Shown here piece by piece: positions 1 to 11,990 of a DNA stretch of 64,000 nt. Within the stretch, counting starts at the first letter, position 1; each line of letters opens with the position of its first letter. Source of the DNA: Takakia lepidozioides (Eukaryota; Plantae; Bryophyta); contig CM060733.1 in NCBI GenBank assembly GCA_030704615.1, forward strand, positions 62,434,001-62,498,000, given 5' to 3'. A model generated the notes under the pieces. That model worked only from the letters and a program-made list of their open reading frames with translations, searched no databases and had not been told where the DNA came from. The position numbers and the translations under genes are program-made.

Positions 1-1562
1 TGTAAAAATTTGTCAAATTTTGAACCTAACAGATATCACTGCAAAATTATAATACAATCAAAGAGTCTTCATTTCTCTTGCTTTCTATGTTCCTTGTATT
101 TCTCTTTCACACAATATGTGGCAGGCAGTGGATAATATGTCAATGACCAAACTGACTTTCCTGTACCCAGGTTTTAGTATGTATGGCAAGGAATATAGCA
201 ACTCGCGCTAAGTCAAATACATCACAGTGGACCGGTTCCAGAAGAGTTAGTATCCCTGGGTACCATGGTAACAGGCATGTCATTGCTAGAAGGGAACAGT
301 CAAGGAGTTAATCATCTTAGACACGCAACAACACAAGTCTCTATGTATGCACCCCTTACCATCAAGTAGTGCTGACTGTTGCCCAGCAAGTCCGCTTACT
401 ATTTTGGCAATTTCCGCGCATTGGGCATTGCTGTGCACTGAAACACTGCTCAGCCAACCAATAGATGGTCCGGTTAACCACTAATTGGTGATGGTACTGT
501 AAATAACCTCCACTACCAACTCAGACAAAGCAGTGCTCCACTTTTTACTTCAATTTGATCTCATCGCACACTTGGAGTACTGGGGAAAGACTGCAAATGT
601 TGAATTTGTCATGTGATGAAGCCAAACAGCCAAACTGCAAAAACAAAGTGGACTGAACAAAGCTTGTTCGGATGGGAAAATCCAATCTCCTTTCGTCTAG
701 ATGTACACATTTTTACTGATTACCAAGAGTAGAATTAAGAGCTGTTTCATCTTGGGCTTTAAGAAGACCCCTACAACAAAGGTAACCGGGGGAAGCGTCT
801 TGATAGATGCTCTGAGGTTTTATTTCACATTGGCTCGGCATCGGTTTTACGCCAGACTCAAGAATTTTTCTGTAGCATACGGAAGTTACTGATGAGGCAC
901 AGGGATGCCATCGCCAATCCACTCACTCTACACCACTGTTCCGATCCAAATCAAGAACGATTTCCACTCAATCACGCACCAGTAGGATTAGAGAAACAAA
1001 GATAAAAGAGCTCTTGTTTCAGACTCCAATTGTAGGGATAAGCAAGACTTTGAAGATCATACACGTCCAGAAAGATCTCACTGGGAATTTAGCAGGCCGT
1101 CGCAAAACAGTGAGCCGAAATTACCTGCCAGAGAAGGTGAGTTGCAAGTGTGGGTAGTTAACAAGACATGGCTGATTTCCCTTGCAGCAAGATCTGCGAG
1201 GACGTACAGAGCAACGGGTAGGTAAGCGAACTTCTCCCACTGGCAGGTGAAATCCTGACGGAGGCTCTCACAAGTGCCTGCGATTTTATCCTCGCAGCTT
1301 TGCAGTATCGATAGTACCTAGAGGGAGAGTGAGAGAAGGAGACCTCAGACTTGTTAAAGTCCTGATATTGGTTTTATCCTTCGTCTAAAGCTCTTTTAAT
1401 TAATTATTCTTTAGAAGCTGACTCGCTCGTGTGAGGCACATGCACTAAAAATGCAGACTCTCATCAGACCATTTCCCTGTCGTCCTGAACACGACGACGA
1501 CGAGCCCTGCACTCCACAGTCGTGGATACGCCTCGTCAGAGACAGGACGGGACGGTGAAGAC

Positions 1563-4500
1563 ATGCTGTCCAGTAAGTCATTTGTAAAGAAGACTCGCCA
1601 TGGAAAAGTGCTTAAGGTATGCTCTTAATTTCGCCATGTATACTCTTGCTGTTCTCATCACCCCCTAGCTCTAAACCCTGAAGCTCTTGGAGTTACGCCA
1701 TGTACATGCAGTGGACGGATAGGAATGCCAGGTAGGAGAATTTTCGACTACATCACTATCTAGCATGTGATCAATTTGGGACAGGAGCTCAAGTCCTCGA
1801 CAAATTCCCGTGTTTTACCTCACCCTCAAGAGCATCTATCCTTGGACAACCTAGTTTTGGACTGTGCTTGTAACTTTTTAAATCAGCCTCCCTCCTGGTG
1901 CTGAATAGCATATTAACATCATAATAATAACAACTTCATCTAGTTAGTTAACTTCCATGCCGCCAGCCTGAAAGACGGATGGGGTGGGGAAAGGTGGTAC
2001 GGGAGCACTACTTGCGCGATGACATCTCATGTGGAGCACTATTTTGCACAGCGTGTGACACTTCGGCAGCTACCCTCAGGCAGTCTGCCCCTCATATCCT
2101 CGTTGTGGATACCAATGTTGTCCTTCATCAGGTTTGTCCACTCCTTCTCAGCCCTCTAACTGGGCTTTCGGAATCCTGACAGTCTGTAGGTTATGACGAG
2201 AGGTTTTATTGAACTGTCGTTCTGTCTCCAAGTGAAATGGGTTTGCCAATGATGGAGGGGATGGGGCTCCACCAGATGGACTTGCTGGAGAACGAGAGTG
2301 TGACCAACGTGGTGGTGCTGTCAGTAGTGATGGACGAGGTGAAGAACAAGAACTTGAGTGTATATAATCGCCTGCGAGCCATTTGCAGCAATCCAATGCG
2401 CCACTTCTTCGTGTTTGGCAATGAGCATCATAAGTAGGTCTTCTATCTTTTGGGGCTTTCCTAGTCTGCTTGGTCACCGCACTTGCAATCAGATTGTCAG
2501 TGTCTCCAACACCAGGTTAGCAAACTATTTATCAGGCTAAACTTTTGACAGTTTGTTCTTCTTTACAGATATTCTGACAGCTATGGCTGTATTTGGCTGT
2601 GACATACAGAGATACGTACGTAAAGGCACTCATAGGCGAGACTCCCAATGATCGCAATGACCGTGGTATGATTTGCTCGTTCCTGAAGTTATTCATCACA
2701 TGCTGCTGAATTATGTGGAGAACTGTTGAAGTCTCACATTATGACAGGGAAAGGTTGCTGGCTACTTGTGGCAGCTATAAGAGTGGCAAGTCAATGGTAC
2801 CAGCTTCACTTGGGGGAAGGTGCAAATGTGATGCTGCTGACTAATGACTTGGTCAACAGACAAAAAGCTCGTGAGGATGGGATTGTTGCTGAAGCAGGTA
2901 CCTCCCTTCCATCTTGAGGGGTAGTTGCAAAGGTTGTCTGTCACCATCACTCACCGAGCCTTGGTTTGTTTGTATGTGTATGCACCCGCATGTCTGTGTG
3001 CGTTTGCATGAAATAATGTACTTGGTAGATTGGCCTCATACCAGGTTTTGACAGTATGTGTGTGTGAATCGCCGTGTGTTTGCGATTGAGAAAGAGAAAT
3101 GCTAAAGTTGTGGAAGTGGTTGCAGTTCAAGTATATGTGCAGTCCTTGGGGCAGCCAGAGTTGCTGGACTTGGTTGCACGGCCTGATGCCATGGATATGA
3201 ACAGAAATGGGCCTGAAGATTTGCGCCCATCCAAAAAGGTGATGGTATTTGCAGAGGTATTGTGCTACACCCGGTTTAGAAGGTGCAGCCTACTTGTGGA
3301 TTTTGGACGAACTTTCAGAGTAGGTGTGGCTTGTAACAGCAAAAAGGAGGATTAAATCCTTGGTTTTGTCATATGACCCTCTTCTTGCTTTGCATCTGGT
3401 ATGGGCCGCAGCATAAGGTTATGTCAGAGATTACAGCAGGGCTGCATCAGGGGAGTTATCATCAGGGTAAGCTGCATGTGGATCGCTACAATCCAACTGA
3501 AGCATACGTAGGAAGCGAGAGCGTTGGTGATATCTTGATACATGGCCGGCAAGACATGAATCGTGCTTTTGATGGTGATGTGGTTGCTGTCGAGCTTCTA
3601 CCCGAGTCTTCTTGGCTTAGAGGGGATGCAGGGAAGTTTGCAGAACATGGTTAGTGCCGGCTTTTCTTGCCCCTGCTTTTATCTTGGAAATAGGAATGAC
3701 AGCATGTTGAATTGAAGTGTGCAACTTGATTTTGCTGCAGGGGATGATGAGGAAGAAGAGCAGGTGAGCTTGTTGGTCCCAGCCAGTGCTGAAGATGCAC
3801 CTCAAGAACAAGAGGCGGGAAAGGCTGCATCAAGTTGCCCCACTGGACGTGTGATAGGCATTATCAAGCGCAACTGGCGACAGTAAGTCTGATCATTATC
3901 ATCAGGTCTTGACAGCACGCATGTTGAGATATCGGTCAGGGATCCTGCTATCTAGCCATGATAGATGTCATAACATTGGTTTTGTTATGTGGTCCCAGCT
4001 ACTGTGGCTCGTTGGAAGGAAAGGAGATGCCTGGGGGGAGTGGTGGCAATGTGCATGTTTTGTTGAAGTCAGCTGACCGCAGAGTCCCCAAGATCCGCAT
4101 CCAGACCCGGCAGCTGGCAAACTTAATGGACAAGCGCATCATTGTGGCAGTTGATTCATGGGAGCCTAGTTCACGCTACCCATCTGGGCATTATGTGCGC
4201 ACCATTGGAGATATTGGTGACCGTGCTACTGAGAGCGATGTCAGTGTCCAGTAACTCCATACCTTCATGTCCTTGCTGGTCTGTCCCTTTTTGCATCTTC
4301 TAATACTGCCATATGACGTGTCTTTTGCATTATGCAGAAGAGTCAGTAAGCTCTTTTGGGAAAGTTTCAACAATCCAGTGGCTGTTGACATGAGCATCTA
4401 AGGCAGTAGATTTGTGTACATATGGGGTCATCAGTGCACACTTCAATGATGTAGCTCATTGCTAGAGGCTGGATGAACCAGACAGAGGTGGCGCATTGAA

Positions 4501-7500
4501 CCTCATGGCTGCACTGCTCATGGGTCTTTAATTTCAGGAGTTTGGCACCAAGAGTAACAGCCAAGGATGTCTGGATGGGTGCAGATATTGCTAATTGAGA
4601 ATGACATCAACAGCCGACCATTTGCAGAGGCAGTGCTAGCGTGCCTCCCCCCACTGCCATGGTCTGTCTCAGACCAGGACCTTCTCCAGCGCCAGGACCT
4701 CCGGCAGCTCCGTGTCTTCAGTGTAGACCCAATTGGTACATCACCATTATGATGCTGCCAGAACTACTGATCTCCCACATTTCCATGTCTTAATATGGAC
4801 CCTATTGATATGTGACTGAGGAAGTCACAACTAACTAGCCCTACTTTTGACATCTTAAACAAATAAGCACATAGAGCGCCGCTTTCCCAGGGGCTGATGC
4901 AGTTTTAGAAAGGTTGCCAGAGGTTTACGCAGTCTGTGATAACTGTCCAAAGCCAAACTGCAGAAATTTCATACTTCAAGAGGTTAAAGAAGGACTCAGA
5001 TTAGATTTAGTTACCCGGCTGAAGTAGATAATTGAGTTTGTCCTTTGACTTGTATGTTTATGCAGGCTGCAGGGATATCGATGATGCACTGCATTGTACA
5101 CCTATGCCCAATGGCCACTATGCTGTTGGTGTTCGTATCCTTAGCCTCTCAGGGTCTTACCACTTCTGTTGGCAATGCATAGATGAGTAGAGAGGTTCAA
5201 AGAGAGGGGTACTTATCCGGCTCCTTTCTGATGATATGATATATATTTCAATCTGTAGATGCAGACACAAGCTTTTGCTGCTACCCTGCTCTCTCAACGT
5301 CCACTGTTTTTATTTCTCTCGGTGATCCTTTAGTAGGTGACCTCAGCATAGGAGGCCTTGACAAGGGAATGGATCCACAACAGACATTGCAGATGTTACA
5401 AATTTTGTGCATCCAGGCACACCTCTGGATGATGAAGCATCACAGAGGGGCACGTCAGTATACATGGTGGAGCGCCGCATTGACATGCTTCCAAAACCTC
5501 TCACTGAAGGTATTTTACATCACCCTACCTTACCCTATGATTGCCTTGAGATTTTTTGAATATGGCTGCATCAATAGCTCTTGATGCCCCATGTGCGTGG
5601 CCTTGCAGATATATGCTCTCTGCGGGCGGACGTGGAGAGGCTTGCCTTCTCTGTGATATGGGTACATTCTAGAGCAGCTCTCATGTGTACAGTAGGATAT
5701 TCTTTGAGGCTCTTTGAAATGTCGATAGGTTGTACATGTCACACCAAGGGTATCTCTAAAGTATACTAGATCAGTATCTATTGGTCCTTGGACCAGCACT
5801 GAAGACATGAGAGATGCCTGTTTCACCTTTCCCCTTGACTCTTACTACCCCTGTCTGCCCTTCTCACTCCAGTGTCATTGGGAGTGCACTCAGAGCGACT
5901 TGTGTGATATTTTTGCTGGAATTTTGGGGCTAGAGCAGCAGTGCTGGAATCAACCTCATACTTGTATATCTCCATGCCAGCAAATAAATTAATACCGAAT
6001 TTCCTCTATCGGGAGTGACCGTCTCTCCCCTCTCTGCTTCACACTAAGGTGTCACTGCAGAGCTCTCTTAGCATGTACTGTATTTTCAGGGCTAGAGCAT
6101 CTGTGCTAGAATCAAACTAGTACTTCCTTGTATGATCTCCAGCCAGCAATCACATCCACAATCCTCAATTCCTCCGACGGGAGTGCCCTCGGCTGTTCTT
6201 ACATGGGCCGAATCTACCTTGGTGGATTGGAAACCCCAACAACTGGCTCTTTGAGGGTTATTATTCATTGGAAATAGGCCCTCAGGGATATGGCCAACAA
6301 GCTTAGGGATGGTCCAATAGACCATCTCGCTCGAACTGAGAGGTTGGAGATAGGTGAGCATTTGAACGTGTAACTGTGCACTCCATGTTGCTTTGCTTTC
6401 AGGAAATGACATTGGAGGCAGAGGTTGTGTCAGTGTCTTTCAGCAAGAGCATTATAAAATCTAGTGCTGCTCTCTCATATGTTGAAGCTCAGGCACGTAT
6501 GGATGACAGGTGCACTGCCTCTTCCCACTTTGCAATGTCTCAGAGACTCTAACATCAGAGTCTTCACCCCCTCAGCCTTCAAAGCTCTCTCATTTTATTA
6601 TATTCCAAACTTACCCTTTCCTTCTTTAACCTGCAAACTCAGAATAGTGGTGAGCAGTATTTCGTATGTACTCCCATGGAAGCTGTGATTACTTGTCAAT
6701 GGTGGAGCTTGGCTGCAGTGGCACACACCTCATAACTTCTCTACTTGAGCGGCCAGGCACTTGGACTTGATCCGATGTCTGTGATGTGGCAGTCGTATGG
6801 AGGATGCGCTTTCTGTGGATCTTCGCAACTTGAATCGCCTAGCCAAAGTAGGCCGTCTGCTTCTGCCACCTATTTCTTGCATGGCCACTCATATCTTAAC
6901 ATATATCCTTCTTCGGTTCAAGATCCACTGGAGTCACATGGTAGGTGAGCATGTCATGCTTCTTGTGACAGCACTGCAAGTGACTAGTGTTTCCCGGTGC
7001 CTGCAGGTAATGAGGCAGAGACGAATTGATCGTGGAGCTCTCACTCTTGCATCACCTGAAGTCAAGTTTGAGATTGACACAGAAACACATGATCCCCTTG
7101 ACGTGGGTGCGTTTTCTCTTCGGTGGCTATGTACTTCTGTTCATCACTTTTGCCTCTTCTTTCTCTTGCAATCTAGTGCACCTTGAGTGGCATGGAAGGT
7201 AGGAGGCAAACAAAATGATGTGTGGCACATGGCGAAGAGCAGGTATGTATCAAGTGCATGAAGCAAATCAGATGGTCGAGGAGTTCATGCTTGCTGCCAA
7301 CGTCGCAGTGGCTGAGAAAATTTTGAAGCATTTTCCTGCTTGCTCTTTGTTAAGGCATGTACACATATCAAAACCCTTGCCAAGGTTTGACGGAATAGAG
7401 TATAGTGTTTCCAACATCCTATCTTGTACTGGAGAGGGGTTGTGAGCACCATGGTTAGAGAAACAATTGCCGGATGTGAGAAAATAGTCTAGTGGTTCCA

Positions 7501-9474
7501 ACATCACCCCTTGAACTGTGAGCATCATGGGTAGAGAAACAATTACCATCCTTAAAAACAATTTTATCTCTATTGGGAGGGTCAAGGTCTAACCTAGGAT
7601 GGTTTGGATTACAGGCGGCATCCAGTGCCTACACCAGACATGTTTGAGCCGCTGTTGCGGACAGCAGCTGCCGTGGGAGTGGAGTTGGATATTTCATCAT
7701 CCAAGGCACTTGCTGGCTCCTTGGATCAGGCTGTGGTACACCCACCCTGTCTTCTTCCGTTGCCACTGTCCTGGTCTATGCTGCTTTGTGTACTACATGC
7801 TTCTTTTTGGGATGCTTCTTTCCACTTCCAAGATGTACTTTGGCTCAAGAATCTTTTTGAGACATAGTCAGATGAAATGAAGGGGTGCTTGATGGGGATG
7901 CAGGGGAATGATCCATATTTCAATAAGCTCATTCGTATTCTTGCAACTCGCTGCATGACTCAGGTTAGTTTCCTTGTTGACCCTTTGCTTGGACGGAAGG
8001 CTGAAGCTGAGTAAGTGCCAGGGATTAATAAAGCTGCGCTGCTTGTTTTTCTCAGGCACTCTACTTTTGCAGTGGAGAGCTTACTCTCCCAGAGTTCCAT
8101 CATTATGGGTTAGCAGCACCCTTATACACACATTTCACATCTCCAATTCGAAGATATGCAGGTTTGTTCCATACTGACCCTTGATAATTCATTCTATTAT
8201 AGCAAATCCAAGGTAAGTCTCACTACTTGAGTGAGCCCCACAAAGGTTAGTGTCTGCTCCCTCTTGTTCTGCCCAAACTGGGTGCGGGGTCTCTGGCCAC
8301 AAGGCTATGGCAAACAAGTGATGCCAGAATTTAAACCTTTCTCAAGGGGGTTTAGATCGTGTATCAGTCTGCTGTTAGAAGTCATTTGTGACACTTTTCT
8401 TATGTATGACCTCAAAAGTCTTTTCAGATATCCAGGTAAGTTAAGAACAAGTCCCATCAGGATTGGGCCTATCCTGTATCAACAGTTGGACTTACATGCG
8501 GCACAGTAGTTTGTTGATTTGTTTGGGTTGGGCACTGTTGCAGATGTGGTTGTGCACAGATTGCTGGGTGCAGCTTTGGGCTTGAGCAACCTGCCTTCAA
8601 AGTTACGGGATAGATCGCTTCTCACAAATCTTTCCGATAGTAACACATTCGCAACCCTACGTTATGTTCAATGAGGCTCTTGTTTCCAAGGCTTGCTTTT
8701 TCAAGAAGGTTTTTGCCAAAAAAAATTTGGCCCTCGAGCTCCTCAAATGCTTTGGTGCCAGTCACCTGTGTTTTCTCAGAGAGTGGCCATCGATGGTGTG
8801 CAGATCTGAACTATAGGCATCGGAATGCACAAATGGCAGGTCGAGCTTCAGTCGAGCTCCACACCCTCATCTTCTTCCGAAATCGGTGAGTCTCTTCAAC
8901 GTAGATCACCTGTGACCTTTTCTTTTGTCATTTCTGTTATTAGGGTGGAGGAAGAATGTGAACTGTAAGAAAGCTAATAAGACAGTGATTACTTTGTCAA
9001 CAGGCCAACCGACGAAGATGCACGGATAGTTAAGATACGGTCAAATGGATTCATTGTATTTGTGCCCAAGTGAGTGATCACCCACCTAACCTCTTTTGCA
9101 TGCATACTGGAGTCTAACTGAATGCTGTGGTTGAGTAGTTATCTGTCTTTACTACTCTTTTGTTAAATTGTAGTGGCTGTACAACTCTCTCTCTAGTCTC
9201 GAAATGGTAGTCCAAAGAGTGGTTGGCCCAAAGGATGCGGCATTGAATGTAAATTGATTGCAGGTTCGGAATTGAGGGGCCAGTGTACTTGTGTGGAAAG
9301 TGCATGTCTGAGAGCACTTCGGGAACCTCCTGGACAGTGAATGAGGAAAAGCAGACAATCACAACTAGTGATGGGAATTACACCTTCAAAGTACTGGAGA
9401 ATATCCGTGTGCATATTGAGGTGGTTGAACCCCAGCCCCATCGACCGAAGCTGCAGTTGACTCTTATTACTTAA
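1563..9474 (+). CDS. RRP44: Exosome complex catalytic subunit RRP44/DIS3 (PIN + cold-shock + RNB + S1), 24 exons
   Basis: Exons traced by hand with phase-compatible splice sites: 1563-1616, 1994-2131, 2276-2433, 2610-2665, 2775-2897, 3126-3256, 3412-3649, 3741-3882, 3999-4239, 4585-4735, 5066-5134, 5384-5509, 5609-5661, 6403-6509, 6793-6847, 7007-7106, 7243-7354, 7615-7735, 7904-7963, 8056-8161, 8544-8639, 8804-8885, 9004-9069, 9264-9474. Motifs: [36 protein letters not shown] and [70 protein letters not shown]. Confidence 0.96.
5135..5383 (+). other. U12-type (minor spliceosome) GT-AG intron in RRP44
   Basis: The donor GTATCCTT matches the U12 consensus. A branch-site-like CCTTGAC lies at 5356-5362, about 21 nt before the CAG acceptor, with no pyrimidine tract. 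Splicing restores V-H-I-A-D-V (GTT C|AC ATT GCA GAT GTT). Confidence 0.85.
7355..7614 (+). other. GC-AG intron in RRP44
   Basis: The donor AG|GCATGT and acceptor TACAG|G restore the conserved SLLRRHP motif. Confidence 0.8.
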
Positions 9475-10249
9475 ATGGCATCAAACAGACAATTATGGTA
9501 CTATGGCCACACATGGTAGTGGACATTGAGTGCTAGAGACTTCTCTTAAGGGATGAAACCTGCAATCGGGCTGTCAAGTTTGCATGCGGACAAGTGCCTC
9601 TGTGATGGCCTTAAATGGCAATTGCAGGAAAATAAGTTCACACCTGCAGCTGACTTGCAGGGATAAGCTAAACCCCTTGTGGGTGGAACCCCTCAAAAGG
9701 CTCCGGGGGGGTTAGTTTTCCATGGGGTTAATGGCCGGCAAGCCAACATTTGCAGAGAACGACATTAGTACATTCTTAAGGGATGAAATGGGGACCCAAC
9801 ATGACACTATTAGGCCTATTCCAGTACGGCCACTTCCTGATCATAGTCAAGGAGCTGCTCCAGTCACAATATTTTTGTTTCTTTACTGCACCTGCTGATT
9901 TCAGCTGAGAAGTTTACTGGTAACATTTAGCTCAAAAATGGATTTGGAACACCGGAGTGTGGTACCTTCTGAATTTCTACTTTTTTAAGGCATTTCCTCA
10001 AATGCAGCTTTGTGGAAGACTTGCCATGTGTCCTCAGTTTTTTGAAATTTTAGTAAAGCGAAAGCCTGTCAAGTCATATTAACGCCTGATCGGCCTGGAA
10101 CTGTTCGGACCCATATTTTCAAATTCCTGTATCATTCCGGATTCATGTCAGATAGGGATTTAGTATAAAGAAAAATTGTTGCCCCCAAGAAAGCGAAGAG
10201 ACTACGCCTAGCCACCAACCCACCAACGAGTTTATTTCGCGCGTGCGGA

Positions 10250-10950
10250 AATGACAGCACGGACGTCCATGTGCCAGCTGGGACCCGGACCGCCGGCGTC
10301 CGTCGCATCAAATCCCCGCCGTCGTCGAACCCCTCCCCCCCGTGCCGCTCCCCCGGGGGTGTCGCCCCCGGCACACCCACTCCCCGTCCCCCGCGCTCAC
10401 CCCGCACCCGGCCCGCGGCCGTCCCCAGCCCATTTATATACTTCACGCCAGCCTTCCGATCCACGATCTCTCGGGTAGCTCCGTGGTCGTCCTCGCATCC
10501 TCCTGCCAGCAGCGCCCCGGTTCGATCCCGCGCGTTCCCGCGCCTTGCGATTCTTCCGCTCCCCTGCGCCCACCGCTCTCCCGCTCCTCCTCCTGCTGCG
10601 CGACCCGTTCCATCGCGAGGCTCCCCTCCCGCGCGCCCCCCAATCCCCTCCGCAGGGCTCCTCCGCTCCTCTCCGTCGTCCCCCGCTCCCCTCGCGACGG
10701 CTCCCCGCTCCCTTCGTGAGGACTCCCCGCTCCCCTCCGTCGTCCCTACTCCTCTCGCGACGGCTCCCCGCTCCCTCGCAAGGACTCCCCGGTCCCCTCC
10801 GTCTCCCTCACCCCTCCCACAGTCCCCTCTGTCGACCTCGCTCCCCTCACACCCCGCTCCCCGGTCCCCTCCCGCGCCACTTCCCTGGTCCCCTCACGCC
10901 CGGGTCCCCTTTGTCGTCTCCGCTCCCATCGGCAACCTTCCTCACTTCTG
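10250..10950. repeat. C-rich, CpG-rich low-complexity tract with short internal repeats (probably part of an unclassified TE)
   Basis: Strong C/T skew on the + strand. The unit CTCGCGACGGCTCCCCGCTCCCT recurs near 10691 and 10755. The tract is followed by AAAAAC repeats. Confidence 0.55.
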
Positions 10951-11038
10951 TTTTTCTTTTTTCTCCGTATGTTTCCAAAAACAAAAAACAAAAACAAAAA
11001 AAAAGAGCAGAAGTGATGATCAGTGCTGAAAAAATACG

Positions 11039-11040
<2 letters not shown>

Positions 11041-11081
<41 letters not shown>
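11041..11081. repeat. (AT)n microsatellite
   Basis: About 20 uninterrupted AT units. Confidence 0.95.
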
Positions 11082-11083
<2 letters not shown>

Positions 11084-11267
11084 TGATGATTGGTGCCGAT
11101 CATCACTGGGCTTCAAGATTTTGCAGAGTACTTTTCATTTCGGCCAGAAATGTGGTTCACATTGTTTTGCTTTCGTGTTTGAGTCCTGCATCTTTCCCCC
11201 CTTGCAAAGTTAGTTGTCCATCAAAACATGATCTTAGGGCTGGAAAGAAGTGAAGATTGGCACCGAT

Positions 11268-11990
11268 TGTCGCGCACCTCACTTCGGTAAGCTCCCCTTC
11301 AGGTCATAGTTGCTAGCTTGATGCGCGCGCCTAACTCCCAACCTGGCCGTCGGACCAACTTGGAGCTTCGGCTGCTCACCGGGGCATAACGGTCCCCCTT
11401 TGAATTCCCAAAGAACCCTCCACCGATTGGGAACCAGCGGGAATTCCCTTTGGTAGTTGGCAGTCCGAACAGCTCCCCACTCTTTGGTCGCTTTCCGGCT
11501 CGCTCGCTTACTCACTAGTTTTTGGTCACCAACGGGCTTGCACCGTTCTCGGGGTTACTACTCCCTATATATACTTCTGTAGCGGTCCGCGGGGGTTTCA
11601 CAACCAGCCATGCCATTTTATGGCAAACCACCACGAAAACCCTCGACTCCCTGTGATGAGTCGCGGTGAGTCTTGGCCCACTCACCACGGCCCCTATGGA
11701 CCGTGATGAGTCCCCACGACTCCCCACGACTCCCACCACGAGGTCTCCGCCCCCATGGTGAGTCCTATGCCACCCCCACTAAGTCCCGCTAAGCTACCAC
11801 CACCCTTGTGGAGCCACCCCACCGCAACCCGGTGTGCGGGGCTCCACTTAGTGAGCGCCTCCGCCTCCTTGAGTGCCTTGGGCACTCAAGGGTGCTTCAG
11901 CCCCCCAGACCTATCGCTGCCGCTACCCCACCACAGGGGCAGCCCCTCATGTGTCCCGACCCCCTGCCCTCAAGGCAAAGGGCCGCGACA
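11268..11990 (-). repeat. LTR (3' LTR of copy A), about 720 bp
   Basis: Terminal inverted TGTCGCG/CGCGACA; near-identical to the other LTRs in the window. Confidence 0.95.

Noticed and set aside
1-1330. Possible divergent minus-strand gene upstream of RRP44 (donor-like sites near 1124 and 359)
   Set aside because: No recognisable protein or consistent reading frame could be assembled.
6092-6412. 106-aa antisense ORF inside RRP44 intron 13
   Set aside because: No recognisable motif; length is compatible with chance.
9544-9788. 15-bp direct repeat TCTTAAGGGATGAAA flanking about 215 bp after RRP44 (possible SINE/TSD)
   Set aside because: No poly-A tail, Pol III boxes or clear TIRs between the repeats.
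10132-11213. Long Pro/Ser/Arg-rich ORFs (up to 252 aa) on both strands
   Set aside because: They arise from a C-rich low-complexity tract lacking stops and run into microsatellites; no domain or splice structure.
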